Shown: positions 23,218 to 35,746 of the stretch, piece after piece
How the letters are laid out: every line of letters starts with the position of its first letter
Position numbering within the stretch: position 1 is the first letter of the stretch
Assembly (NCBI GenBank): GCA_047967505.1
Contig: CM106538.1
Origin: Dipteris shenzhenensis
Taxonomy: Eukaryota
Length of the DNA: 64,000 nt
Strand: one strand, 5' to 3'
Notes under the pieces: generated by a model
The model's input: only the letters and a program-made list of their open reading frames with translations
Databases searched by the model: none
Told to the model about the DNA's origin: nothing
Translations under genes and position numbers: made by a program

Positions 23218-26033
23218 GTGCAGATAGAAGAGACGAGTGGAAGGTCGTCCGATGATGCGCCAATGCCTGGGAGCACAAAGTGGCTTACGGAGAGGTTATA
23301 TTGTCATTGCACTCATTGCAAGCGAGAAGTACGACATCAATGTCATATTATCATGTGCCACTTGCAGATGTATGGGGAGGAGCCCGAACCAGTACCCACC
23401 GTTGGTGTTGCACGTGTTGATGGATTATCGGTAAGTCAAAGCTATTTAAGTTCACGGTTAATATTGGATACCATTATGGTACGAAACCTTGAGACAATAT
23501 CTTATATTTACATGAAATCTTAAAACAGGATGAGGAGGCTGACGAGGGTATGCATATACCTTCACACTTTGAGCATCATATTTGAAGGCAAGTGACTGGA
23601 TTCAAGCTTCGAGGGCGAATGGAGAGGAACGTCCTCCTGGTATGAAGAGGCTATTGATCTTTCACGAGCTTCCTTATTGGGTTCAGTTACAAATCAATCA
23701 TCTCTTGGATCCCATCCATATCTTCAAGAATCTGGGGGCTACTATTTGGGCACACTTGGTTGGTTCCAAAGACTCGAGAGGAGTGCGAGAAGACTTGCGT
23801 GCTATGAATAAGATGTCTCATTTGTGACCCCAAGTGCATGCTGCGGCAAAAGTTGTCCTCCCGAAAGCAACATGGATCCTCTCTATGAGGGAGGAGGCAG
23901 TGGTCAAGGCAGACATTGCCTCTTTTCAAACACCGACAGGGTACATGCATTGCTTGAAAGGAGCATTTTCAAAGGACAATAAGCTTAGTGGACTCAAGTC
24001 CCATGATTTGCACAATGTCTTACAGGTATTCTATGCTGTAGAATTAGTGTACCGATAATTGTGATGCATTAGCGTAATTATGATTATGTTATATTGTTGA
24101 CATGACTTCTTTGTTGCTTTGATAGTTCATCCTCCCAATTACAATAAAAGGGTGCTTACAAGAGATGTTAGAAATGCTATATTCAAGATCAGTGGTATTG
24201 TGAGATATGCTTACTATCAAATCGCATTGATTGCATTTTCTTCAATTTAAGATGATTAATTATGAAAATAATTTTCTTCAATTTAAGCTGATTAATCTGT
24301 AGACTAATTATGAAAATATCTTATGGACATGTGAAATAGGTGGATACCTCAAAAAGAGATCTCCAAATCGAGCATCGAGAAGGCTAGGGTGGAATCCATC
24401 GAAGCCGTATGCTTGCTTGAGAAGCACTTTTCCATGAGCATTATGACAACTCAAGTCCACTTGCTTGTGCACATTGTCGATGAGGTGGCTATTGCAGGTA
24501 CCGTTCATAGTCGATGGATGTTTTTTCTCAAGCAGTTTATGAAAACTTTGAAGGGATTTGTAAGACTAAGAGCAAGACCAGAAGCAAGCATGGTAGAGGG
24601 ATGGCTTGTGCAAGAGTCATTAGTATATATCACGGAGTTTCTTGCATCCACGGATCCTGATATGCTGCAAGCTTGTCATAACAAGAATGATGATCGCATC
24701 ATTGGCGAGGTTCCCCAAGAAAAAGGGATTGAAAGAAATATGAGCGAAGAGCAAATGGAGAAATTCAATAAGTTTTGTATCCTCAATAGCCCTGAGATGC
24801 AGAAGTGGATTGACAGATATGAAGTGGCTAAAGCAGAAAGAATAAATGCAAGAACGAGATTCAAAGTAATGTACGGGCGATCGCAACCATATCCACGGGA
24901 TCTGGCTCTTCTCCCCACTCACATGTCACTTGATTGGCTACAACTGGCTCTACGTAAAGCCGAATGCGATGGAGAGACAATAAACGAGTGTGAGCGAGAG
25001 TTATCATCTGGATGTATGATGCATGTAAGTTTCTTACCTCTTGACGTAATTAAGTAATTATTTGTGGCAATATATGCTATAAAATAGATGCATCTTCATT
25101 GTTTTAATGATGCTCTTTTACAATACAAAAAGTACAGTGCATTATGGTCATATGGACGACATTTGCGTGTGCTACGCATCGATTCAAAGAGAGTCACGTA
25201 TGATTATGGAGTCATGGCTAACTTCACACAAGATAGCTGAGCAAGTGCTTTGGATACCAATCTTCTCTCCTCACACTTGGATTATTGTGAAACCATACGC
25301 GAAATCTATGAAGCTGATTTCAGACGATTTAGTATTTTCATTCTTAATGTAAAATGGTTTAGAACTATTTACAACGGTCCCCATGCAATAGTGAGAAAAG
25401 ATAGTAGCAGATTCTTTGCAATAAACTCCACCAAACATTGGACCAATGAAAGTAATACTTTTGTTCTTCCTGAGCACTGTGAGCAGATGCATACTAATGA
25501 TTTAATTAATTGAAGCTTTCATTTTTAAAGATCCATTAATACATGTACTTAAGCATAATTTCATATATATAATTGACGACATCTGGCACCCATCTTCAAT
25601 ATAGGTGGTTTTTCATCCGGATCGTTCTGATCCAAGATGGTGGTATGTGATCCAAGTTGCACCACGAAGTAAGAAAATTTTTGAAGATAAAGATGTGGAT
25701 ATGGAGATGCCACTACCAATGCCGGATCCAATTGATCTCGATGAATCTAGCGAAGAAGATGAAGATCATAATATGAGCCAAGAGAAAGATGTGCATAATG
25801 ACATCACACGGGAGGAAGATGGAGATCACGATATTGAGGAAGAAGACAACGATCATCAAGAATCACCACACTTTATTGAAGAAGATGATCAAGTACTTTT
25901 AGGTGAACGTACGATGCTAGAGTACGATGATGATCATATAGGAGATCAACTCGATATAGAGCTAGAGATAGACTTGTTTGGCACGTTAGACTTGGCTCAA
26001 GATGAAACAGTTGATGTAAATGCTCTTCATTGA
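23218..26033 (+). pseudogene. CACTA (En/Spm) TnpD transposase, spliced, with the central core deleted
   Basis: N-terminal CHCTHC...HL, IFHELPYW...HLLDPIHIFKN, LSGLKSHDLH, VHLLVH...RWMF...RARPEASMVEGW, VKWF...FVLPEHCEQ/VVFHPD...WWYV, acidic tail. GT-AG introns. The central Tnp2 region is absent. Confidence 0.92.
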
Positions 26034-27162
26034 TTTTTTTCATCTCAAACTTGGACATGAATATATGAGCTTCAAAGGCTTGATGTACATGCTCTCATAC
26101 TTTTATTCTCTCAAAAGGTCAAACATGTATGAAAATTTAAAAAAATTTGTCCTTGGAAAAAACTAACTTTTAAGGCCTATATGAGTAAAAAAGCTCTCTG
26201 GAAAACGTCGCTATAAAATAGTATCTCAGTGTCGCTATATAGCGACACTTAGATTTCTGACAAACATCACTATATAGTGACTTTAGAAATCGTCGCTATA
26301 TAGCAACATTTGCTTAAAGTCGCTATATAGCGACGCTTTACGGGATGCACTTCCCATACCGATGATTAGCACCTTGCACGCGCTAAACGTCGGAACTTAA
26401 ACGTCGCAATAGGATCCGTGTGTAGTAGTGTGACATCTTCCTTGGGCTATAGTAACATGCTGGAAGTTTGTCAAACCATGCAAGTCAAAAGGAGATAAGG
26501 GAAGTTGAAAATATGTCGTCTTCTTGTCAAGGAGAGCAGGAAAAGCCAAGAGATCAGAAAGGTTCTAGTCAAAAGAGACATGAGGAACCACGACACTCCA
26601 GGTATATTCACACTTGATTTGGACGTCACATCGGGGTCATATCCAAATGCTTCAAAGAAGCTGTTATACTTGAGTGCAACAGAATGAAGGACATTTGGGG
26701 GCTCAGGAGGGAGAGGAGAGGATGTCTTATGAATCGTCCTCATCCCATTGCCGATTGATCAGAGATTTGTGAAGCCAACCTTACCCATATAACCTTCCTC
26801 TATTTTTGCCATTCACCCTCTCCTCCTTCCTCCTGCCCATCATCCCTACTACTCCCATTTTGCTTATCATCCCTACTCATGTGTGTGTGCATGCTTGAGG
26901 GCTAGCAAGGTTAGGTTTAGGTTTAGGTTTAAGTTCCGTTAAGTATATAGTTAAGATTAGCATTAGCTTATGTCTTTATGGATGACGTATGGGGTACATG
27001 GGTGTAAATGTTAGGGGATTTTCTGGTCAAACTATGCCTAGCGTTATGGACTGTATTGTGGGTGATGTGTAAGTTTGTATCTATGGCATTTTTTTGTAAA
27101 TTATGATTTGGCATTATGTAGCCTTAGCCACTAAAAAAGTAGACCCATTACATGCTTGTATG

Positions 27163-27217
<55 letters not shown>

Positions 27218-27739
27218 TGAGGAGTTACGAGGTGCACACTACCTAAGGCCTATGTCAAGTGGTAGTAGGTTTCCTTTCCTAGGGCAATCAGACGCAGGCA
27301 GCCACTCACATGGGCGAGCACCCAAATCCCCTTGAGTCTGCAATTTATGTGGTCCCCAGGAAAGGACATGGGGAGGCTTGTTGACAGGCAACCGACCCGA
27401 GAGCATGTAGGTCGACCCTTGTCCTAATGATGTGATAATGAGTTCCATTCTTAAGGTACGCCAGCGACCATCGATCCATATCAATCGGGCTTGTGTGTCA
27501 TCATTGCCAACCACGAGCTTCACGATTGTTTTCTTTTCTCTTTTTTTTGAACACACCCACACCATACTCATGCACCCGAGGTCCTATCGAGGGGCACTCG
27601 CCCTGGACCAGTGGGCAATGGGTCCACAGCTGTGGCACTCACACATACCCAACCACAAGCTAGGATTCCATGCCCCATATTCCACCAAGACTTGAACCCA
27701 TGACATGAACACTCAAACCACTAGGCCACAACCTTGGGG
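27218..27739 (-). mobile_element. tRNA-headed SINE-like element
   Basis: Minus-strand A box TGGCCTAGTGG (27718-27728) and B box GGTTCAAGTC (27689-27698). The 3' end runs into (TG)n(AG)n at 27164-27217. Confidence 0.6.
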
Positions 27740-28552
27740 ATCATTTTGGCCGTTGAATTGGAACCCACGTGAGTGAGTAGGTCGATGTGATGGCCCGTAC
27801 TCGTTCTTAGTTAATTGTGGCTTGATAATATCGAAGTCAAAGTCGACAAAGGGGACCTGCAAGGTTCATAACCGAGCGTTCATATAAGCATGAATAATCA
27901 ACAAACATAACCCAGCATTCATGTAAGCTAAGCGTTCAATGCTTTCAAAGTCGCAACGATGGAGACACTCAAAGCTGCAATTTCTTCTACCTCGAGGTAC
28001 GTAGCCCACATTGTTTTGAATAAAAGGGAGTGACTGCCGCTACCATCAACCACAAAATGCAATTTCATAACCCCACAAAAGAGAGAGACTTCGTGGAAAC
28101 GGCCTAATTATTCTGCAACGAGAGATTCAAGCAACCAAATGAGCACCACGACGTAGGAGGAGCAGACATATTTTAGTGATTTGAATTTGATCACACCGAT
28201 TGAACAGCATCAATCCGCCTACGACGAGCCAACTTGTAATCACTCTGTTTGACTTTCTTCCATTTGCCTGGAAAACTTGCCCCCCCCCGCAAGCTTTTGA
28301 CCCGTGAGACGATACAAATAACCTCTCTGCCTCGTTGCCATAATCAGAAAACTAGCTCCCAATTCATTTCCTTGCGCCGCTTCGCTCCCGTCTTGATTCT
28401 TCTTCCTCATACAACCTTATCTTTTTTTGAGAATTGTCTCTCATTAGTACTCAGATCATAGTCTATAAACGTTTTCTCGGCGCAGAACAATTTGACGAGA
28501 TTACTCTGTCGTGAAGGGCAACCCACAGCCACAGTCTAGCCCTGTAAGCTCG

Positions 28553-28969
28553 ATGTCTACAAGCAGCAAGGCTTTGTGCCTTCTTATAATCGTCGTGATG
28601 TTGCTAGCGCTCCCAGTTGAATCTCGCAGAATGGAATCACATACTCACCACCATTCTCGAAGACGCCAGAGACAGCAGGGACAGTACATGCTCCAAAGCC
28701 TCCCCACCTCGCCTTATACTAGCCAGAGGACTAGCAGAAGATCGCACGCACAAGAGAACACTGACGAGCAAATAAGGCTATTAGACGTCAGAAATCAAAG
28801 CACACCAACGGGCCGGGGACTAAGGTTCCGTAACCGCAAAGTCTTAAGACCTGTTGCAAACCAACGGCAGTCCCTCTTCCGAGCAGCAGCTGCTCATGTG
28901 CAGTTCAACAGACTGAGCACTCCAGTTTCAGGGCCAAACCCTGGAGGCAATTCAGTACCAGCGCCGTGA
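28553..28969 (+). CDS. Secreted small-peptide precursor with an atypical CLE/TDIF-like C-terminal motif (138 aa)
   Basis: Intact single exon. Signal peptide LCLLIIVVMLLALPVES, basic variable region, C-terminal RLSTPVSGPNPGGNSVPAP conserved with the paralog. Confidence 0.85.
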   Translation: MSTSSKALCLLIIVVMLLALPVESRRMESHTHHHSRRRQRQQGQYMLQSLPTSPYTSQRTSRRSHAQENTDEQIRLLDVRNQSTPTGRGLRFRNRKVLRPVANQRQSLFRAAAAHVQFNRLSTPVSGPNPGGNSVPAP

Positions 28970-30434
28970 TTATCTTGTGCCAATCACAGAAAGCGCCCTA
29001 GTCATTGCCTTTGTCGTTGCCACGAAGTTGATACAATGCTAGAGGCAATTCCGCACCAGCGCCATCGAGACAAACCATGAGGAACGCCAGGGCAACATGA
29101 TAGATTATTATGCACCTTTGATCTAGAAGAAACGATTCTCTCAAGGACGGATAGTTCAAGAAACTCTAAGGTTAACTTCTCCAAACGTATGATAGTATGC
29201 AGAAAGAGCCTTCCGAACCCTTGCAGCCCGATAGAATGGCATTGTGATGCCCTACGTTTGTTCAAACAATGTGTATAGTACTGCGTATTTGATTGGTTTC
29301 TACAACAAACAGGGGCTACTGAAAAAGAGAAGTTGCCCAAGAAGAAAACCAAAGAATTGTATGTTTTGAATTTATCAAAATTACGGCTTTTCTATGAGAA
29401 TGGATTCTTTAATTCTAGAATTCGTGGAATTGAACTATAGATTCTAAGTAATAGCATTCATAGCTTTTTTCAATCGTTTATAAGATGAAAATGATTTGAA
29501 TATGTACCTATGAAGAACAAAACAAATTATACATGTTGAACTTAAAATTTTGTGCTTATATGGAACAAGTGTTTGAAAGTGTGACTCCCTATCATGTTTG
29601 AGTGAATAAAACATTGACTTTTTGAATTTCCTAAATTATTTATTCCATTCACAAAGGACAAGGTACAAAAATACTCTGCCATACCCACAAACTCCTCTTC
29701 CAGGATCGAGAGAGGGAGTGGAAAGAATGGGTTGGTGCCCCTCATTTCTCATTCCAGGATCCTGAGAGTGTGGTGGCCGTTGAGGGTGGCTGGGTGGAGG
29801 AGGTGGCAAGCAAGGGGGAGGGGTAGGGTTGAGGTCGGCGAGGTGATCACACCAGCGAGGCGGAGGGGAGGGAGTGAGAGGGTGATCACAACGAGGCTGA
29901 GGGGAGGGGCAAAGGAACATTAAAGGTTAATTAGATTAGCTTAATTGACATTAGGAGGTTTAGCATAGGTTAATGTTTTAATTAAATTGCCAACTGATTT
30001 TTTCAATGAATCATGCAAATTTTGTAACTTTTTTTAATCCAATCCAAATTCCTAATGCCAAGACAATTGAAATAGAAAATTACAAACCTAATGCAAAAAG
30101 TTTGATGCAAATTCGATGCTCGAGCACAAAGTTAGAGAATTTTTAGAATTAGTAGAGCCATTAGTATTATCTATTTCAATGAGAGGAGGTCAAACATTAA
30201 AATACAAAATAAGTTTTAAGGTCAAGAGGAATATAGATTTCAATTGCTAAATTTATTAAAAATCTTCTCATCGTATCTTCTAACATTAAAACAAAGAAAA
30301 ACTAATTTGGTGATGACATGTGGCAAGAAAAAAATTTCTACAAGCAAAGTTTTACAAACCAAGCTTACAAAAAAACATGCGTAGTCCATAATAATGGGGG
30401 TAACATTAAAATTCCATGTTAATTACAAGTTCTG

Positions 30435-30615
30435 TTTGTGTGTGTATGTGTGCATGAGTGCATGTTTGCACATGCATGCGTATGAGATGCCTACATCGAT
30501 GTGTATGTGCATGCGCATTTCGTGTGCATGTGCGAATGCATGCACACATTTGTGCATGTATGTGTGTGTAGATGCATCTCTGTGTGTGTGTGTGTGCATG
30601 CGCGTGGGAGAGAGA
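30435..30615. repeat. Degenerate (GT)/(GCAT) microsatellite
   Basis: Alternating purine-pyrimidine tract TGTGTATGTGTGCATG... Confidence 0.8.
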
Positions 30616-32980
30616 CACTCATGTATGACCAACTTCCATTTTCATCTAAATACCCTTACACATTTTCCACAATCCTCATCACATATTCAACTATTTGCTG
30701 AATAAAACACATGACACTTTACTATGGGTTATCTCTATAGAAGTCAATTGATCTCTCCAAGTCTATGACAAATCATTAAAGGAGATGATGATAATTCCAT
30801 CAAATGGGATTATTGTATGCATATATATGTATGTGTAGAGAATCACAAAGTAGTATTTTACACAACCCACTAATTGCGCAATCTGCAATGCTCTTGTCTC
30901 AAGGATAGAGTTTCAACATGGAAAAAGGTTCTTCCTTCTTTTTTCCCTAATTATTGGTCATTTGTAAAGTTGAACATGCACATTTTGGCATTTTCAAACA
31001 TGCAAAGGTGTGTATTGCTTATCTGTATGTGTTTGATGGTTAAGGCACTTTGAACAAACCTTTGAATAAGTATTTTCCATAAACTTGTATTTTTCCCTAA
31101 GATTTTTATGAAATTGGAGATTGCACAGCCAAAATTTATGAAATCTATGTAGTCATTTGTATGGTGCACCTTGCACATTTTCTCTATGTTCTTCTTTTAC
31201 TTTTTCTCAAGTTTGAGTGCATAACTGCCAAAAAGTTGTGCAATGATATGCGTATATCATAGATGTACATTGTTGTACGTTGCCAATGGTCACGAAACTT
31301 TGAAAAAAACTTTCAATGAGTAAGTCACTTATACTTGAAAAGATTCATAATGATGCGTGTCACGTATATGGTGGGATATGCACATCTTCTCATTTTTAAA
31401 CAAGCTACACATTGCATAAGCACCCAAAACATGTGCATCCATACACTTATACCCAATGTGTATATTGGAGATGGTCACCAAACTTTGCAAAGACCTTTTA
31501 ATGATTAACGACAAGCAACCAATCACCCAAGTTCCCCAATGCTACTCTTGGGCCTTAGAACAATAACCCCTTCCCCATGAGGGAGCTCAGTCAACCAATT
31601 ATTCCAACATTTACTATTTGAAAACTCATTCTATTAAGCCTACATGATCTCAAGTGACATCCCTAAATCATCTTTTAAGGAAATTATAGTACTATACTAG
31701 TAAAAAAGTGGTCCACCTTACTATGTACCAACCCATTTAAAGTTATCATCACTACTCCACCTAAATGGAGTAACTCTAATCCACTCTTTTTACGAAAGAT
31801 GTAACATTGATCCACATTTTGAGCTTAACCCAAGTTACTCCCAAGTCCAATGCAACATAATATGTGGATAACAAATTTTCTTTCCACAAGATAGATCCCA
31901 CCTACTAAAAACTCTTATTCATGTCTACTATCATGAAGGTGCACTAAGAGCTAACTCAATATATTGAGGACATAGCATTATCAACTCAAGTGCACCAAAT
32001 TTCAACCTTATTGGAACGGAGAGCTCTTCTTATGGTCACAAGTAAAAATAATTGATATTGTAAAAGGTGATTCAAGTGGCTAGTCCCTAATTGAGAAATT
32101 TCAAGAGCCACGTAAACGATCCCTTGAAACTGTGATTGCCTCGGAGCTCTCACTATGCAAGTCTGAAACGTTCGAACATTGAACGCTCGGTGATTTTTCT
32201 TGATTATCCACGCTTACGTCGCCTCGTGGGAACCTTGAGGTGACCTTCGTCGACTTTGAACTCACAAGCGATCCTATAAATACACCACGATTGACTAAGA
32301 AACGAGTCACGAGCTCCAACTAGAGGAAAATGAGGCGAGAGACGGCGACTCCCTCATTCTCGCAATTCAACGGCGAGAAAAATGACGATGATGAGATCCA
32401 AATTGTTTCAACGAGCGGCTTCTACAACGATACAAATTGTTTCAACGAAAGATTCAAGTAACCAAAACATGAGCATACGTAGGAGGAGCAGACATTTTTT
32501 GAGTAATTTGAATTTGACTCATCACACCGATTGAACTGCATGGCAGCAGCGAGAAATCCGCGTAAAATGACGTCGTTTGCCTTGCTGCCGTTTGCCTCCT
32601 TGCTTTGAAAACTTGTCCCTTCTTGCAAGCTTTTGACCTGCAGCCAACCCCGCAACCCAACCTGCTCACGAGAAGGTTACAAATAACCTCTTTGTCTCAT
32701 GATCGCCATAGTCAGAAACTAGCTCTGCTTCCATCCTGATCCTGCTTCTTGATTCTGTCCTCCTGCTTCTGATTTTTGTTCCTCGTACAACCTTACCTTG
32801 TCGTGGGGATTACCTCTACCTCTTCCACTCAATCTTTACTAAGTTCATAGCTGCTGCCATCTGTAATCGTCTTTCGGCACAAAGCATTTTGACGTCATAA
32901 TTCTGTGCTGAGGAGCAACCAAGGGCGGACGTAGATCAGTGTGCATTGGTGCAGGAGCTAGTGTAGCCTCGTTAAGGTTG

Positions 32981-33409
32981 ATGTCTTCAAGCAACAAGCT
33001 GCCTTTGTGCGGGCCTTTATGCCTTCTTTTAATCATAGGAATATTATTAGCGCTCCCAGTTGAGTCCCGCAGAATACAATCACCTCCTTACCACCGTTTT
33101 CGAACCCGCCAGAGACAGGAGGGATACATGCCCCAAATCCTCCCCATCTCGCCGAATAGCCAGAGGCCTAGCAGAAGATCGCACGCACGAGAAAACGCTG
33201 ACGGGCAAAGAAGGCTGCTAGACGACACAAATCAAAGCATACCAGCTGCGGACCTGGCACCAAGGTTCTCTAATCGCAAAGTCCTTAGAACTGTTGTTGA
33301 CCAACGGCAGGCTGCCTTCCAAGCTGCAGTTGCTCATTTCCAATTCGACAGACTGAACACTCCAGGTTCAGGTCCAAACCCTGGAGGCAATTCAATACCA
33401 GCGCCGTGA
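32981..33409 (+). CDS. Secreted small-peptide precursor with an atypical CLE/TDIF-like C-terminal motif (142 aa)
   Basis: Intact single exon. Signal peptide LCLLLIIGILLALPVES, C-terminal RLNTPGSGPNPGGNSIPAP. Confidence 0.85.
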   Translation: MSSSNKLPLCGPLCLLLIIGILLALPVESRRIQSPPYHRFRTRQRQEGYMPQILPISPNSQRPSRRSHARENADGQRRLLDDTNQSIPAADLAPRFSNRKVLRTVVDQRQAAFQAAVAHFQFDRLNTPGSGPNPGGNSIPAP

Positions 33410-35658
33410 TTGTGTCAAGGACTCAATCACAAAAGATATATAGTCTTTGCAACAAGGTAATCCAATCCTTCACGCCATTCTGCAAATTTCTGCTTTTGGA
33501 AGCTGAAACAAACCATGCGAGACGACAGGGCTATTCTTGATTTAGACGAATCGATCACTTAAAATAAGTTCGCAGTTGGTTCAAACAATGTACTGTGTTA
33601 AAATAAGTTCATTGTACAGTGTCCTTTTTGGGATAGCCCGTAAGTTAAAATCTTCCTTCAATTTTGCGGCAAATTACATGAAAGAAAACCTAGAAAATTT
33701 GTGAATGACTACCCCAAAAAGGCGGTTGTGAGGAGATGCTTGTATTATTATTCCAAGAGTTGGTGGAATTCTAAAAGCCTAATTATAGAATCTATCTAGG
33801 TAGAATTATACATACATTGTAAGTAATGGATGGCAAACTTCTTCATATATCTTGTACTTCTACTCTCCTACGATAATGGACTTTGTATTTCTAACTACAA
33901 GTTATAGAATTTTAAAACCTTGTCTCATAGGAAGGTCCATAGTTTATATGATGAAAATGATTTGAATAAGGTTAACAAAGACATTTCGATCTTATTATTC
34001 TGGAAGTTTTCTATGCAACAATTCTTTGAAACAATGATTCATTATGATGTCTGAGTGAATAAACAAGTAAGATTTTCCAATTTAAAAAATAATCGATTCC
34101 ATTCACATATGACAAGGTACAAAACTATTAAGAATCCATGATTGATATGTCACTATCCAATATTGTCTCAATGAGAATAGTCAAAAGATTTTGAATATGA
34201 CTTATTTTATATTTTTACATGCTTTTTGGTATTTTTCCAACGTTATGTTGGCCCTCTTCTGATTGGTTGAGAGCCTATTTTTCAAAACCCTAAAAGGCCC
34301 CAAAATGAGCTCCCTTTTTTCCTAATGAGATTTAATAATTATAATGAAAGAAAGGGAAGAGGGGGAGGGGGGGGGTGTTTCAATGAACATAATGTAAGAG
34401 AGGGGAGGGGGAAAGAAGGTAATTTTAAGGAAATAGAGAGGGGAGGGAAAAAGAAGGTAGGGAAAATATACATATATAAAGAGAGAGAGAGAGGGGGGGG
34501 GAGAGAGAGGTAATTAGAGTACGTAAGAGCCATAGAAAAACCATGAAAGATAGTGCTAAGTGAAATTTAAGGTACAGTGAAGGAAAGGGGAGGGGGGTAA
34601 TTAGAGTATGTGAAGTGAGGAAAAAATCATAAGAAGAGCGCGATAGAGACCTAAGAGTCCATGACGAGGTTTGAGAAAAGGGCGGTACCTCGAAATGCAC
34701 ACACACATAGAAATTCGAATGTGCCATCTTAAAGTGGCTTTGTGAAGTGTGCTGCTAGCACGGTGCAGTGGCAAAAGGTAGGAGAGTAAGGAGTGAAGGC
34801 TGTGAGGTTTTTATTTTATAGAAGAGAGATATAGTTGGGTTAGGAGTCGAGGAGGTGAGAGGTCTAGGGGCTAGAGGAAGCGAAAGAGGCACGCATTTGT
34901 GAGGCATATAGACTACAGCATGGACGTGAGAGAGGCATGTAAAACGAGGTGTTTAGACTGTGTAGTGAGGAGAGTGAAAGGGGAAAAGAAAGGGTGATGC
35001 ACGTGGTGATCAAAGCTTAGATAGTTTAAGTAATTTTTAAATTTTAAACAATAGCATAGACAAATACCATTAATTCGTAGAAAAAATAAGGGATTTAAGG
35101 GGAAAGTAGAAAAAATAGGAAATTTAAGGGAATTTAGAAAATAAGGGAAGCGGGGGGGAATTAGAAAACAAGGAAAAAAATTAAGGGAAATTAAAAGAAA
35201 GTTTGGGGACTTAAGGGAATTAAGGGAGACTAGGGTGAAATAAATAGTTGGGGTGGAGATAGTCGGTACAAAAGATTAATGTAATAAATAGATAGTAGGA
35301 AAAGAACAAATTAGGAAGAAAAAGAAAGAGGAAATAAATAGGAAAATTAGGATAAATTTGAAAAACATCATGAAATAAATAGAGAGAAAAATTAAAGGAA
35401 CTAATTAGAAAAAAATATGAAAAAATAGAAAATTTTATGAAATACTTAAGAGGAAAAAAGGAAAGTTAAAGAAAATTAAGGAAAAACTAAGGAAAACTTA
35501 ATAAAAAACCAGAGAGAGAGAGCGAGAGAGAGAGAGTTAAATTAGGGAGAGATTAAGAGGAGAGTAAGGGAGTTTGAGGAAAAAGAAATTAGGAAAATTA
35601 AGGGGGTTTGTCGAGGGGAGCTCTAATGAACAAGTGGTAAAACCAATGGAGGAAGGGA

Positions 35659-35660
<2 letters not shown>

Positions 35661-35744
<84 letters not shown>
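35661..35744. repeat. (GT)42 microsatellite
   Basis: Pure GT run. The paralogous run at 4774-4803 has 15 units. Confidence 0.95.

Positions 35745-35746
<2 letters not shown>

Larger units (their letters stand above)
14184..26430. mobile_element. CACTA element 2, interrupted by the Ty3/gypsy insertion
   Basis: Starts CACTACAAGGCATAGGC, the reverse complement of the 3305-3378 end. Ends ...GTGTAGTAGTG at 26430. Same palindromic repeats at 22960-23120 and 26205-26340. Transposase inside. Flanks are AGA/TGA, a 2-of-3 TSD match. Confidence 0.7.

Noticed and set aside
26908-26933. GGTTAGGTTTAGGTTTAGGTTTAAG, telomere-like
   Set aside because: Only about 3 units of TTTAGG, not TTTAGGG; too short to call an interstitial telomere.
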